A DNA stretch of 60,580 nucleotides from Rhizaria sp. SCN 62-66 (Eukaryota): contig MEDY01000156.1 of assembly GCA_001724265.1 (NCBI GenBank), positions 1 to 60,580 on the forward strand, given 5' to 3'. The notes under the pieces were generated by a model, which was not told the DNA's origin, did not search any database, and saw nothing but the letters and a program-made list of their open reading frames with translations. Shown here one piece after another: positions 45,204-57,286 of this stretch. How positions within the stretch are numbered: the stretch's first letter is position 1; each line of letters starts with the position of its first letter. A program made the position numbers and the translations under genes.

Positions 45204-48200
45204 ATGTCGGCGGAATCCCCGCTCGACTCAACGTCCACGGCTCTCGAGCGAGCTCTCGCTGCTCGCGACCTCGCCGCTCTCGGCAAAATGTTGACATCTA
45301 TCGACTCTTTGACAAAAGCCGCTACTGGCACAGCTAGCTTACATACTGTGCTTGCGTTCTTGCACAAGACGTTTGTCTGTGGTGCTGACGCTCCACATTC
45401 GGTCATCGGATTGAAGTCCGAGTCAGGATGTCGCGACTCAACGAAGGCCACTGCTAGCGCCACAACAAGCAACACGACTGACAATGACGTGGTGTTTGCT
45501 TTTAAGCTTATGCAGCTCGCGCGTCCGCTGCTGCGCAGTGGTTCTTCGCGCGATCTCACTGCTGGTGGCGACGGTAAGCCCACTGACTCCGTCTTCGTAC
45601 CCCCCACACTGCTCCACTTCGCCACTGCGTGCGTCAGCAGCGGCTCGCCAGACTACATCGACGCCCTGGTCGCCGCATTTTTTACTTTCACCAACACGCA
45701 GAGCACTTGCACGATTGCAGCTGTAGACCCTAACTCTGATATCTCGGCGAGTAGCATTGTTGGAGCAGCGTCGGCAATCGCGACTGCTGCATACAGTCGC
45801 CCGCAAGAGCACCAGGAGATGCTGCAGTTGCTTTCTTCCGCAGCAGCTGCAGCTATGAACAGCGCCGACTATAATGCCGTTGTTGCGCGCGGTGTCGCAT
45901 ACACTGTTGCCCGCTTCGGCCTCTCCGTGACTTCACCGTTGCCCTCAGCTGACTCCATTACACCTGAGTCGCTGTTGGCTCAAGCGATCACGGTCTCGGC
46001 AAACACGACAACGACGGAACACGGTCTCACTTTGCCCTTGTGGATGACGTTAGACATGCAGTGCGACCAACAGAGGACATTGCTCAGCGCTGACAAGAGT
46101 TCGGCCAAGACCCCCGTCGCCAACAACAGCTCAGCTGAGAGTGCAGGTGCGAGTGTTGGCGCCCGGTTCGCTGCTCTTGTCCGCGACGGCGATGACGACG
46201 GGAACAATGGTGATGACGATGACGATGATGACGACGGCGATGATGTCAACCGCATTGTTCGCAGCATCAACAAGAGCAAAGCGAGCCCTGCAGCGAGTCT
46301 TAGCTCACAGCCCATCCCCGGTGCGTGCTTCACTCGTGACTCTGCAATCGCTGTTGCAAATGATGTTGTTCGCTCTGTCAACACCCATAACAGTGCAATT
46401 AACAATATAGGGTTTTTTGTCGTTTTGATGACAATCTTCACTCTTTCTCAGGCGCACCAGAAGAATCAGGCTGATAACACTCAATTGCTCACAGTTTCCG
46501 TATCAGACGCTTTAATCAGTTCCCACCTTGCATCTTTTCTTGCATCTGTTGATTCCCAAGCTCTCACGCCACCAGCCGTGTCATTAGCCTTGCTGGCAGT
46601 CACACATCTCGCCAACCGCGCATTGCGTGTCGGTGCATTCGCTGTCGCGAGTGCGCTGGTCGACAACGCAATTAGGACTGATTCTCTCAGTCAGGCGCAG
46701 TTGAAAGACTTGTTCAATGAGAGTATCAGTGCTGGTGCACCGATGATCGCTGCCATCATTGCCAGGAAGTTTGATTCCCGTCGCAGTGCAGGGTCAGGTT
46801 ACCTTCCGGGCCTCGCAATGTCTGCCCCGTCAGCGCAATCGCCGTCCCCACTATTTGCAACTGACGCTGACACAGAGGCCGTTGCGACTGCTATTTCTCG
46901 CATCAACAGTACTTGGTACTACCGGTTTCAACGGCAGCCCCAGCTTCTGAGTAGCACAACGTGTAAGTGCCACCACAAGCGCGAGCAGCTGCGGCCGCAA
47001 GCGAAAACGGATTCTTGCTTTGTGTGCGCACATCGTACTTCTATCAAGGCCACTCTTGGTGCGATTCTTTCAGTCTTAGTCCCTCATATCGCGACCCTGG
47101 CTCTCGTCAAGCAACACACATTCTTCATGATGCTCGTGCGCAACTTGTGTTCCCTCAATGCTCGCTCTGAGTCGAAACCACCCCTGCACGGCTTCTTCAT
47201 TGGCTCTGTGCTTTTGACAACACACGCCGCCATGTTCGCTCGCGCTGCGGCCTCAAGCGTTTAGAGCCAAGCTGCGCTGTGTGAGGCGTTGCTAGTCTCC
47301 GTTAACAGCGACTGCGGGCCACTGGTGGCAGCGTGTCTCTTAGCAGGCGCAGACGCGATGCTTGCGCTTGAGTCCAACCCGCTTAAGTCATCTCTTAGCA
47401 GCACAAGCAACATCAATATGAACGCGCTGTCAGATAAGATTAAGAAGATGAGTGGCAAGCGCGTGTGGCATGCTGCCGCAGCAACAGGCGCCACTGAGGC
47501 AGCGCGTGTTCTCCGCCTCTGCTGCTTTCTCGACAACAACTCTGGCTCTACACCTGCTCTTGATGTTGACCTTGACACTCACTGTACGTCTGTTGATTGT
47601 TTCTTCGACACGACATCCACGGCGACGCAGCTGTGCTTCGATCGCGACACCGCATCTATGTCGCTCAATGTCGCCTCTCTGCGGGAGAGTCTGCACGCAC
47701 CCTCCGAGGACGGCGACACCGCGCTGCACACGGCCTGCGGCACCGCCGCGTCCGCAACCGCGGCTGTCTCCTCTCTGCTCGGCAGCGCTAGCAGTACCAA
47801 CGCCGCCGTTGCGCTGGCGGAGGCGCTCGCGGCCCGCGCGTGGTCGGCCGTGACGGAGCTGCTGAAGGCTGGGGCCAATGTTCACCTGACTCCCGTCGCC
47901 GCGACGTATGCGCTTGAGAACAGTCTCCTGCCGATGATTGCGCCCGATCCACGCGACCATGCAAGTCGTTCATATTCGCTCAAGCCCGTTGTCATTCGCC
48001 CTGACTGCAGTGATATCAATGATCCGACCAGTACGAGTGATTTCGTGGCCACCTTGCCCTCTGCCCCGGTCCGCATTGGCTCCGGCAACACTCTGACCCC
48101 GTCCTGGGCCGTGGCCACCGTGCCTGCCCTGCCCGCGCTGGCCACGTACCTCGCCCTTGTCCACTCTCTGCGCGGACCCCGTGCCGCGCGCGCGTGCGCG

Positions 48201-48458
48201 GAGGACGCGCTCGAGGCTCTCGCGCTGCCGCTGCTCACGGTCACTGCGGAACACGCACGCGCTGCCGCCGAGGTGTGCTTTGGCGAGTATGGCGCAAAGT
48301 GCGACTTTGCACCGAGGTCGGCGATGTTTGAGAGCATCTACGACAGTTTGGACTCGAAGGACTCTGTTGTCACAAACCACGACGTCGTAATGGACAGCGG
48401 CTGTCTGAACACTGAGCTCTTGTCAACGTATCTGAACTCGACGTATGCATCACATTGC

Positions 48459-48489
<31 letters not shown>

Positions 48490-49718
48490 GCGACAACGAA
48501 ACTGCTGCGAAGAAGAGTGATGAATGCATTGTGCTTCATTTAGACTCGGTTATTGCATATTCGGAGTCAATCTCGAGCATGTCGAATTCTAGTTCAACGA
48601 ATACTGCGGAGAAAAACCGCCCCTTGGTGGTTCCGCCTCTCTGGTATTGCGCACACGTCACGTGCCGTGCATTTTCACCTCTCTGGTGGCTCCATAATGC
48701 GCTCACACAGGCAAGTGCAGATCTCAGCGAGTTTAACTCTAGCTCTAGCTCTGACATTTTAACAGCTGTAGCTGACATCGAGCACTGGCGTACGCGTCGC
48801 TCACTGTTCCCGTTGCTATTTCCATGCAACAAGCCCGCTCTAGTGCCAATCTTCCTCAGCTACGGTGCGTCGCCTAACGGCTTCAGCGGCGTTTGCCCGA
48901 CTCCCCTGTCGCTCGTCGCATCGGCCCCTCCACCAAGTCACAATAACGGCGCAGCCTCGCAGCAGAAGACCGGCTTAACTTCCGCGGCTGCGGCGCCGAG
49001 CGTGCACCCGTACCACTCCATGGCCATTCTCGCCCTGTCGCTCGGCGCCGACGCGAACGCGGTGTTCTCCACTTTGTCGCCACTGACGCCGCTGATCGCA
49101 GCGAGCGCGGCGGGCAACGTTTCGCTGTGCCGCGCGCTCGTCCGGGCTGGCGCAAAGGCTGTGGCCGTCAGCACCGGGCTTACTGTGAGCCACCCCGTTG
49201 TATGGAGCAAGCAGTTAGTGCGTGACCTGAAGAAGATGACTCGTGATACGAGCACGGTGAGTGAAGTGCACGCGAGTCGTAGCGTGTCAAGCTACACCAT
49301 CCGCGGGCTCTGGCCCCGCGGCCGCTCGCTGTTGCACTGGCTTGCGCTTGCGCCCGCCACCGCGGAGGCGTCCTACGCCGCGTCCCCGCGCTCTGCACGC
49401 GAGGACCTGCTCGAGTGGGCGCTCTACTGCGCTCTCGATGAGGCAGACGCTGCGGCGAAGGGGGACGCAGAGTGCACCCGGAGCGGACCTAAGGGCTCTG
49501 CAGCGACATCTAAGGGAGATTGGGAGGTGGTTACACCGTCGGAGCTTGCGGAGCGTGTTGCGGAGAGCGAGGGCCGTGATCCGGAGACTGGGTTTGTCGT
49601 GGCAGCGTTGCGGACGTGCGAGAAGGAGATGGGCAAGCGGTCGAGGCGCGTCGGTGCAGGGTGGCTGGGGCGCATGTGGTACTCGCTTGTGGAGTTCACA
49701 GAGGATTACATCATTTAA
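45204..49718 (+). CDS. Ankyrin-repeat-containing protein (about 1504 aa if TAG 47262-47264 is read as sense)
   Basis: ORFs 45204-47264 and 47289-49718 share a frame and are separated only by one TAG. Ankyrin-like motifs DGDTALHTAC, LLKAGANVH, FLSYGASPN, LSLGADAN, LTPLIAASAAGNVSLCRALVRAGA, GRSLLHWLA; terminal stop TAA. Confidence 0.72.
48459..48488 (+). repeat. (AAC)10 poly-Asn microsatellite
   Basis: Read directly, in frame. Confidence 0.9.
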
Positions 49719-50373
49719 AAATATGTTTACTTAGTAAATTACCTCATAGTAGCAGTCTATTTATTCGAAATACAAGTTCATCTTGGAAGGTACGAGCGTG
49801 ATGGGACTGTGTCAATACTGACCCTTTGCATTCGGAAGTCTCATAGTTGTTGAGTGCGCAAAAAATATGAAAAGCCCAATGTACTATTGATAAGTTAAAG
49901 AATTAGCCAAGTTTGCTCTTCATTTAAGGTCTTCTAAAACTCCTCGAGTGACGACGCATAATTTTGTAGTTGGTGGGGCTCATGGGTACCAGTCGATTGC
50001 AGCGCCCGAAAAATCCTGCTCACAGTCATGTCTTGGCACCACAAGTGGTCTTCCTTTGAAAGGATACTGTGTCTCAAACGATCGTTTCATTGTACTAGAG
50101 TTTGAATCTTTGTGCTTTACGTTGACTTTCCTGCGCTGAAATCTTATTGAAACCTCACCCGCCTCTGCCTGGACTGACTTGTGGGCTATCTCTTCCACAC
50201 CACTTCGCACCTATCTCGGCCCTCCTCATTCGTCGCTTCCTCACACCCCTGACTCTTGTATACTGTTTGCTTCCCGATATAGACTCGCTTTTCGCGTCGA
50301 TTGTTCACTGTTTTACATTATATTAGACTTGATCTACGTTTGCAAAGCTTCTTAAGCTTCAACACCAAGCACA

Positions 50374-51903
50374 ATGTTCGGCGGAGGTACGGCCCTTGCT
50401 CTTTACACTTTATCTAATCCAATCTCCATCTTCACAACATCAAGCTACAAAACTAATTTGTCACGTCTTCTTGTTTTTCACATTGTCGTTGCCTCTATCA
50501 CAGATGAGGTTGGCGCGCTGGTCATGGACCTGGGCAGCAGCACCGTCAAGGCCGGTTTCGCCGGCGAGGACACCCCCAAGGCCTACTTCCCGACCCCGTG
50601 CGGTGTGATCTTCCCCCAGATCGACAACGCGTCCTCCTACGTCGGCAAGGGCGAGATGGCCGACACCGACCCTGTTGCGTCGTCCGGTTCCTCTTCTTCC
50701 GCGGCGCAGAGTGAGAACAAAGTGAACCCGCACGCCGTGGCCACCGCGGGCATGTCCCCCACGGAGCTTGCGGCGTACATGATGTCACACCGGCGCATTC
50801 TCACCGGCCACGAGCAGGCAAGCTACCGCGAGGGCCAGGAAATTATGACGCCCGTGCAGCACGGCCTCATCATGGACTGGGACGCCGTGGAGACCATCTG
50901 GGACTACGCCTTCAAGAACCGCCTCCGTTCCGACCCGCGCAACCACCCGATCGTGATGGCCGAGCCGGTGTACAACACGCAGTCGCGCCGCGAGAAAACC
51001 GTCGAGCTGGCCTTCGAGTCGCTGCAGACGCCCGCGTTCTTCCTCGCCAAGGACGCCGTGCTCTCTGCCTTCTCGCAGGGGCGCCCCACCGCGCTGGTGG
51101 TCTCCTCGGGCGCGGGCGCGACGACCGTGGTGCCCGTTTACGACGGCTACGTGCTGCACAAGTCGACTTTCAAGACCAAGATTGCGGGCGACAGCGTCGA
51201 CGCGCTGGTGGACCGCCTCGTGTTCGCGCCCAAGGGCGTGACGGACATTCCCCCCGGGTTCGAGTGGAAGCGCCACCCGCTGCCCCATAACACCAGCGCC
51301 GTCTCGCGAGTCCCGCTGCCCGCCCCCGCCACGGCGAGCTTCCGCGCGTACGCGCAGCACCAGGTGCTCCGCGCGCTAAAGGAGGACCTGTGTCGGTGCC
51401 ACGACCAGGCGTTCGACACGGAGGTGTACGCGCGCATCCCCGCGCGGCCTTTCCTGCTGCCCGACGGCAACGTGCTCGACGTGGGCGTGGAACGCATGGT
51501 CGTCGGCGAGGCGCTCTTCGACCCCGCGCTGGGGCTGGGGCAAGAGGTCGTCGAGGACCTGGACGCCGGGTTCGTCTTCCCGGGGCTGCACAAGATGGTC
51601 TGCAACGCCGTGGACCTATGCGACGTCGACGTGCGCCGCGATATGTACAACAGCATCATTCTCACGGGCGGAAACACGCTCATGAAGGACGTGCACGTGC
51701 GGCTGTCCAAGGAGGTCAACGCTATGCTGCCCATGGGGCTCAAGGCCAAGGTCTCGGTGCCCTCGGTGACGGCGGAGCGGCTCTTTTCGACTTGGATTGG
51801 CGGCTCCGTCCTCACGACACTGGGTACCTTCCACCAGCTCTGGCTCTCCAAGGAGGAGTACGAGGAGTTCGGCGCCTCCATCGTGCTCCGCAAGTGCGCG
51901 TAA
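50374..51903 (+). CDS. ARP4: Nuclear actin-related protein 4 (BAF53/ACTL6); exons 50374-50386, 50504-51903
   Basis: Spliced N-terminus [31 protein letters not shown] is typical of Arp4; [55 protein letters not shown]; intron 50387-50503; stop TAA. Confidence 0.92.
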   Translation: [509 protein letters not shown]

Positions 51904-52409
51904 GGATGCAAGTTGCGAGCATTAACCGACGCCATCGAACGCATTGGACGCGTTTGCGATGGCAGTTTGGTTTGCCTTGAGTCGATGGCTGGCGGCGGAT
52001 TTATTGTTGAGAAGTGTATGCTCGGTATATGTTTATAGAGAAGATAAAGTATAGTTTATATAATTGCCTCAGTACTCTAACTGACGTTGGAAATACAATA
52101 ATTGATTTTGAAAACGTTTATACTGTACAATTTTTAACTCTGTTTTTGCAGTCTCGCGCCGGTCTTTACTGGCGCCGACCGGCAACTGTGGACTGGAGGG
52201 CGAGCGAAACGCGGCAAAGTTTCATAGGAATGTGTGTTGTCATTTTGTCGATCCGTTTTAATTTTATGTAACTTCTATATAGAAATTGTGTCGATTTATA
52301 ACCTCTGTTAATTACACTCCCAGAACACTCACCACTGCTGTCTGTATCTTTCCTTCCCGGTCTCCGGCCCGCTTGCGCCGCTTCTTTCTCCGCACCTGCA
52401 GCGACCAAG

Positions 52410-55400
52410 ATGAGCAGTCCCCCTCGCCGCAACAACCGCGGCGCTGCCGGACGTCAGGGCCGCTTCTCCCCGTCTTCGCCGGGTGACCTTAACTCTTCAT
52501 CCCGCCGCGATGGCAGCGACAGCAACAACAATAACAATAACAACAACAACCGCCGCGGTGGCAACCGCCGCGACAGCGACGACGATGACGACGACGACGA
52601 CAACGAGGAGGAGGAGGAAGAGGAGGAGGACGGCGAGGCACGTCCCCGCCGCCGCCGTCTCGCCGGCTCCGCCGCGGACAACGACGAGGAGGAGGACGGC
52701 GAGGACGTGTACGGCGAGAACTACCGCGACGACTACCGACCCATCGCCGCGCTCGACCGCTACGACTCGGACGACGTGGCATCTGACGAAGACGTCGAGA
52801 ACGACTACGCCGCGCGCGCCGCCGCAGAGGCCGCGCTCGCTCGCCAGGAGGAGCAGGAGCGCCAGCGCAATCGCGGTGCCGGCGCGCTCCGCCGCTTCGG
52901 CAACGACGACGGCTACGACGAGCTTCAGCGTCTCCGCGATGAGCGTAAGGTACGACGGATACCTTGACTTGAAATCAATCATGACGACATAGTATTCAAT
53001 GGAGTATTATTATATGCATTTATTTACTTTTATGCCATGTTTTTATTCTAATTTCTGAAACGTGCGCGTCTCTAACTGCTCTTCTTTGTTCCACTCCCTT
53101 GCTTTGCACGTACCCCTTCCCATCTTCAGCGTGCCGCACAGGCCGCCGCTGCCGCGGAGCAGGGCGACGACGACGACGACCACGCGCTGGATGATGTTGG
53201 CGCCGTGAATCTGGCCGATGTGCCGGGCCCCGTGCGCGAGTTCCTCGCGCTGCCTACGACACAGATCGAGGTCCGCAGGCAGTTCAACCGCTTCCTAACA
53301 CAGTACAAGGACGACAGCAAGACACAGGTACGCATCTGATCCTCTCCAGCACCCTTAATCTCACTCATGGCATGTGTAGTGTACACGCACGACGGTTTTT
53401 ATCTAATCGCTGTCTGATTGTGTTCTCACTCCTGCTCTGTCTCTTTATTCCAATGTTGTTTCTTATCCTTTGTTTAGGTGTACATCAAGGGTATCCAGAA
53501 GATGTGCGGCGACAACAAGCAGAGCCTCGAGATCTCCTACGTGCACCTCTCCTCGACCGTGCCGCCGCTGGCGCGCTTCATCGTCGAGCACCCCGACCTC
53601 ATCCTGCCGCTGCTGCACAAGGAGCTCATGTCGGTCACGAGTACGCTCGCGCCCAACTACGAGGACATCCACCCCGAGGTGTTTGTGCGCGTATTCAACA
53701 TGCCGCTGCGCGACTCGATCCGCGACCTGCGCCAGTTTCACGTCAACTCGCTCATCCGCGTCTGGGGTGTCGCCGTGCGCCGGTCGGGTGTGTTTCCGCA
53801 GCTCGCCATCGCCCACTACCGCTGCTCGTGCGGCGAGTCGATCGGGCCCGTGACCGTGGGCAGCGACGCACCGGCCATCGCGCGCTGCCCCGCGTGCCAG
53901 CGCCAGGCCACCAACATGGCGCTTGACACTTCGGAGACCATCTTCCGCAATTACCAGAAGGTGACGCTGCAAGAGGCGCCCGGTTCTGTGCCCGCAGGCC
54001 GCGTGCCCCGTCAGGTCGAGGTGATCCTGCTCAACGACCTCATCGACAAGTGCGCGCCGGGCGAGGAGATCGAGGTCACGGGCGTGTTCAAGCACGCGCC
54101 GATGCAGAACAACCACAAGGCGTTCGGCTCCCCCACGTTCGCGACGATCCTCGAGGCCAACCACGTGGGCAAGAGCGCCATTATCGCCAGCTCCGTGACG
54201 CCGACGGCAGCGGACGAGAGCGAGATCCTCTCGCTGTCGCGCATGCCCAAGATTGATGACATGATCGCGCGGTCCATCGCGCCCTCGATTCACGGCCACG
54301 AGCACATCAAGCGGTCCATCGCGCTCTCGCTTTTCGGCGGCGTCCCCAAGGAAAACGACGAGACCAAGAACCGGCTCCGCGGCGACATCAACGTGCTGCT
54401 GCTCGGTGATCCTGGTACGGCCAAGAGCCAGTTCCTCAAGTACACGCAGAAGATCGCCACGCGCGCCGTCTTCACCACGGGCAAGGGCGCCTCCGCCGTC
54501 GGTCTCACGGCCTCGGTCCGCACCGATCCCATGACCGGCCAGTTCACGCTCGAAGGCGGCGCAATGGTCCTCTCCGACCAGGTACGCTTTATCCGCAAAA
54601 GATCGTTGATAAATTACGAATATGAAATGATTATTATTCCATATCTTATTGTTTATTCTGCCACAATCAGTTGTTCTCGCAGATATTTTTCTCTTTCTTG
54701 TTTCGCTTTGCTCATTGCCATTATTATTGCCATCGCCATTGTTTTCATTGCGGCACTTGCGATTGCGACTGCAGGGCATGTGTCTGATCGACGAGTTCGA
54801 CAAAATGTCCGACCAGGACCGCACCTCGATCCACGAGGCCATGGAGCAGCAGACGATCTCGATCGCCAAGGCCGGCATCGTGTGCACGCTCAAGGCGCGC
54901 TGCTCCGTCATCGCCGCCGCCAACCCCGTATCGGGACGGTACAACCCCACGCTGTCGTTCCAGGAGCAGGTCAACCTGTCGGACCCCATTCTGTCGCGTT
55001 TCGACGTGCTCTGCGTGGTGCGCGACGTGGCGAACCGCGAGGACGACCGCCGCCTGGCTTTCTTCATCGCCAACTCACATAAGCGCGCCACGGCCGTCAA
55101 CGGCGACGGCACGCCCTCGGACCCTGCTGCCGCGGCCGCCGCGGCGAGCCCGTTCGGAGGCGCGGCGACGCTAGGGCTGGGCCCCGGCGAGATCCCCGTG
55201 TCGACGCGCGAGGAGCGCGACGCCGCCTACGCAGCGGGCATCATCCCGCAGGACATCCTGCGCAAGTACATCGCGTACGCGCGCGCGCACTGCCGGCCCG
55301 TACTGGCCAACATCTCCGAGGACTACGTGACCAAGTTCTACGCCGAGATGCGCCTGCACGCGCGCAATAGCGGCGGCAACCCGATGACGCTGCGCCAGGT

Positions 55401-55836
55401 CGCGGGCATCATCCGCATGGCCGAGGCGCACGCCAAGATGTTCCTGCGCGCCTCGGTTGAGGACTCTGACGTGCGGTATGCGATCCGCATCATGCTGACG
55501 TCGTTCATCAGCACGCAGAAGGCCAACGTGCAGCTGACGCTGGGCCGCGAGTTCACGCGCTACCTCATCGATGGGCGCGACCGCTTCGAGCTCCTGCGCG
55601 ACACGCTGGTGGCGATGCGCGACGAGATCATCATGCTGCGCATGCACGCGTACAAGATGACCGTGGCCACCGCGCGGTCCATCCCCGTTGAGCTCGACTA
55701 CAACACGTACCGCACGCGCGCCGCCGCGCTGCAGATCAGCAACTACGACGACTTCCTCACCACGCCCGCCTTCGCCGAGGCCGGGTTCGCGTACTCGGCC
55801 GCAACGCAGAAGATCACCAGCACCAACGCCGTGTGA
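52410..55836 (+). CDS. MCM2: DNA replication licensing factor MCM2; exons 52410-52949, 53130-53327, 53478-54581, 54775-55836
   Basis: Acidic N-terminus with DYRPIAALDRYD (MCM2 histone-binding region), Zn finger (CSC..CPAC), NYQKVTLQEAPGSVPAGRVPR, RGDINVLLLGDPGTAKSQFLKY, IDEFDKM, IHEAMEQQTISIAKAGI, ILSRFD; stop TGA. Confidence 0.96.
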
Positions 55837-56251
55837 GCAGAACAACTCTGCGGTGTCGGAGCTATATAGGCGTTGTCGACAAGTTACCGGAAGGCCAGTG
55901 TCTGTTTTTCTGACTGACTGTTTGGAGATATGTGTCTCTGTTGTCTTGGTGTTTGATCTTGCTGTGTGCGTTTTGTGTGGGGTTCTTCTGGTGTATATTA
56001 CGAACTCTTTTCTACTATAGCTATTTTGCATTTCCTGCGCTGATGATAGGTTTCTTCGTCTTAGCAACAAACAACATTACGAATACAATCCATTCTGAAT
56101 CAATCAAATGTTGATGTATCACTTTAAAGTCTGTAAATACATTGTATGTTGTTCATATGAGCGCAAAATTGCACACATCTGGCCCCGATTTCGCTGGATA
56201 TACAAACGTCACTGTTGCATTTGCATAACACGTCGACACTTTTCACACCAT

Positions 56252-56749
56252 TCAGTTGTCGCTGTTGTTGTTGGCTGCAGCGGTGCGGCGCGGAGGCTTC
56301 TTGAAGGCCCAGTCGACCTGAATGGTCTTGCCGAGCAGCTCGGCGCCGTTGAGCCGCAGAATGGCGTCGCGCGCAGAGGTGAAGTCGGCGTACTCGATGA
56401 GCGCGTAGCCCATGGTATAGCCGGTGCGCCGGTTGAGGTTCAGGTGGCACTGCTTGATCGAGCCGAACTCGCCGAAGACGTCCGTCACGTCGTCCTCCTG
56501 CGCCTCCTCGTGCACGTTGCTGACGATGATAACCCAGCCCTCGACGGAGCGCTGTGCGTCCGACGCGCGCGCCGCGGCGTCGGCAGCAGTCTCGGCGGCC
56601 GAGGCCGTGTAGGTATCGAAAGTCGAGCCAGCGTAACGGGTCTCGTTGTCGTCCTGGCGGTGCTCGGTGCCAAAGCCGCGGCCGCGGGTCACGACAGTCA
56701 CCGAGGGCTTCGCGCTGAAGGGGTTCTCGCTGCCGATGAAGCTCTGCAT
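56252..56749 (-). CDS. RBM8A: Exon junction complex subunit Y14 / RBM8A
   Basis: RGRGF, QRSVEGWVIIVSNVHEEAQEDDV..FGEFG.IK..HLNLNRRTGY..GYALIEY...VDWAF; stop TGA. Confidence 0.93.
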   Translation of the reverse strand: MQSFIGSENPFSAKPSVTVVTRGRGFGTEHRQDDNETRYAGSTFDTYTASAAETAADAAARASDAQRSVEGWVIIVSNVHEEAQEDDVTDVFGEFGSIKQCHLNLNRRTGYTMGYALIEYADFTSARDAILRLNGAELLGKTIQVDWAFKKPPRRTAAANNNSDN

Positions 56750-57286
56750 CGTCTGTGGGAGAGGATACCGGGAAAGGGCGCAAGATAGAGGGAAGATAAG
56801 GCTGGGTGTGCGTGCGGAAAGACGTCGGGTACAGTACAGATAATGACCTATAGTGTTTAATTAAGAGAACGTCGCAATGAGATTATTTAAAATCTCGTTA
56901 TATCTGTCGTTTCGCTAGTGGTCGGACTGTTGACGCGGGACGACTCGACAAAGTTAACCCACTCGTTTCGAAAATCATGCCACGAAGCAAGAATAAGGTC
57001 CTGTCTTTGTCGGACGACTTCCCTTCGAAGGACTCACTTTGTGAACGCATAACACAACCATACTTCCGTCATTGGAGGTGTTGGTCTACAACAGCACTGT
57101 AACAATAGTTTCCTTCGCGGTATCTTTGTTATTTATTTTAAGATATTCATCACGCCTCACAGTATCCCCCGACATCCTTGCACTCTCCACTCGCCGATCA
57201 AGTTTTTTTTCTGGCCGTCTAAATCTCCGCGCCACACACTACAACGCTTGTTGCGCTCTCCGCGAGGCCGACCCTGTTCTTGCCGA

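Noticed and set aside
50387-50503. Stop-free, in-frame introns in ARP4 and AspRS (1318-1178) that look like protein insertions in the ORF track
   Set aside because: Canonical GTACG..CAG ends and T-rich content; removing them restores the conserved protein sequence.
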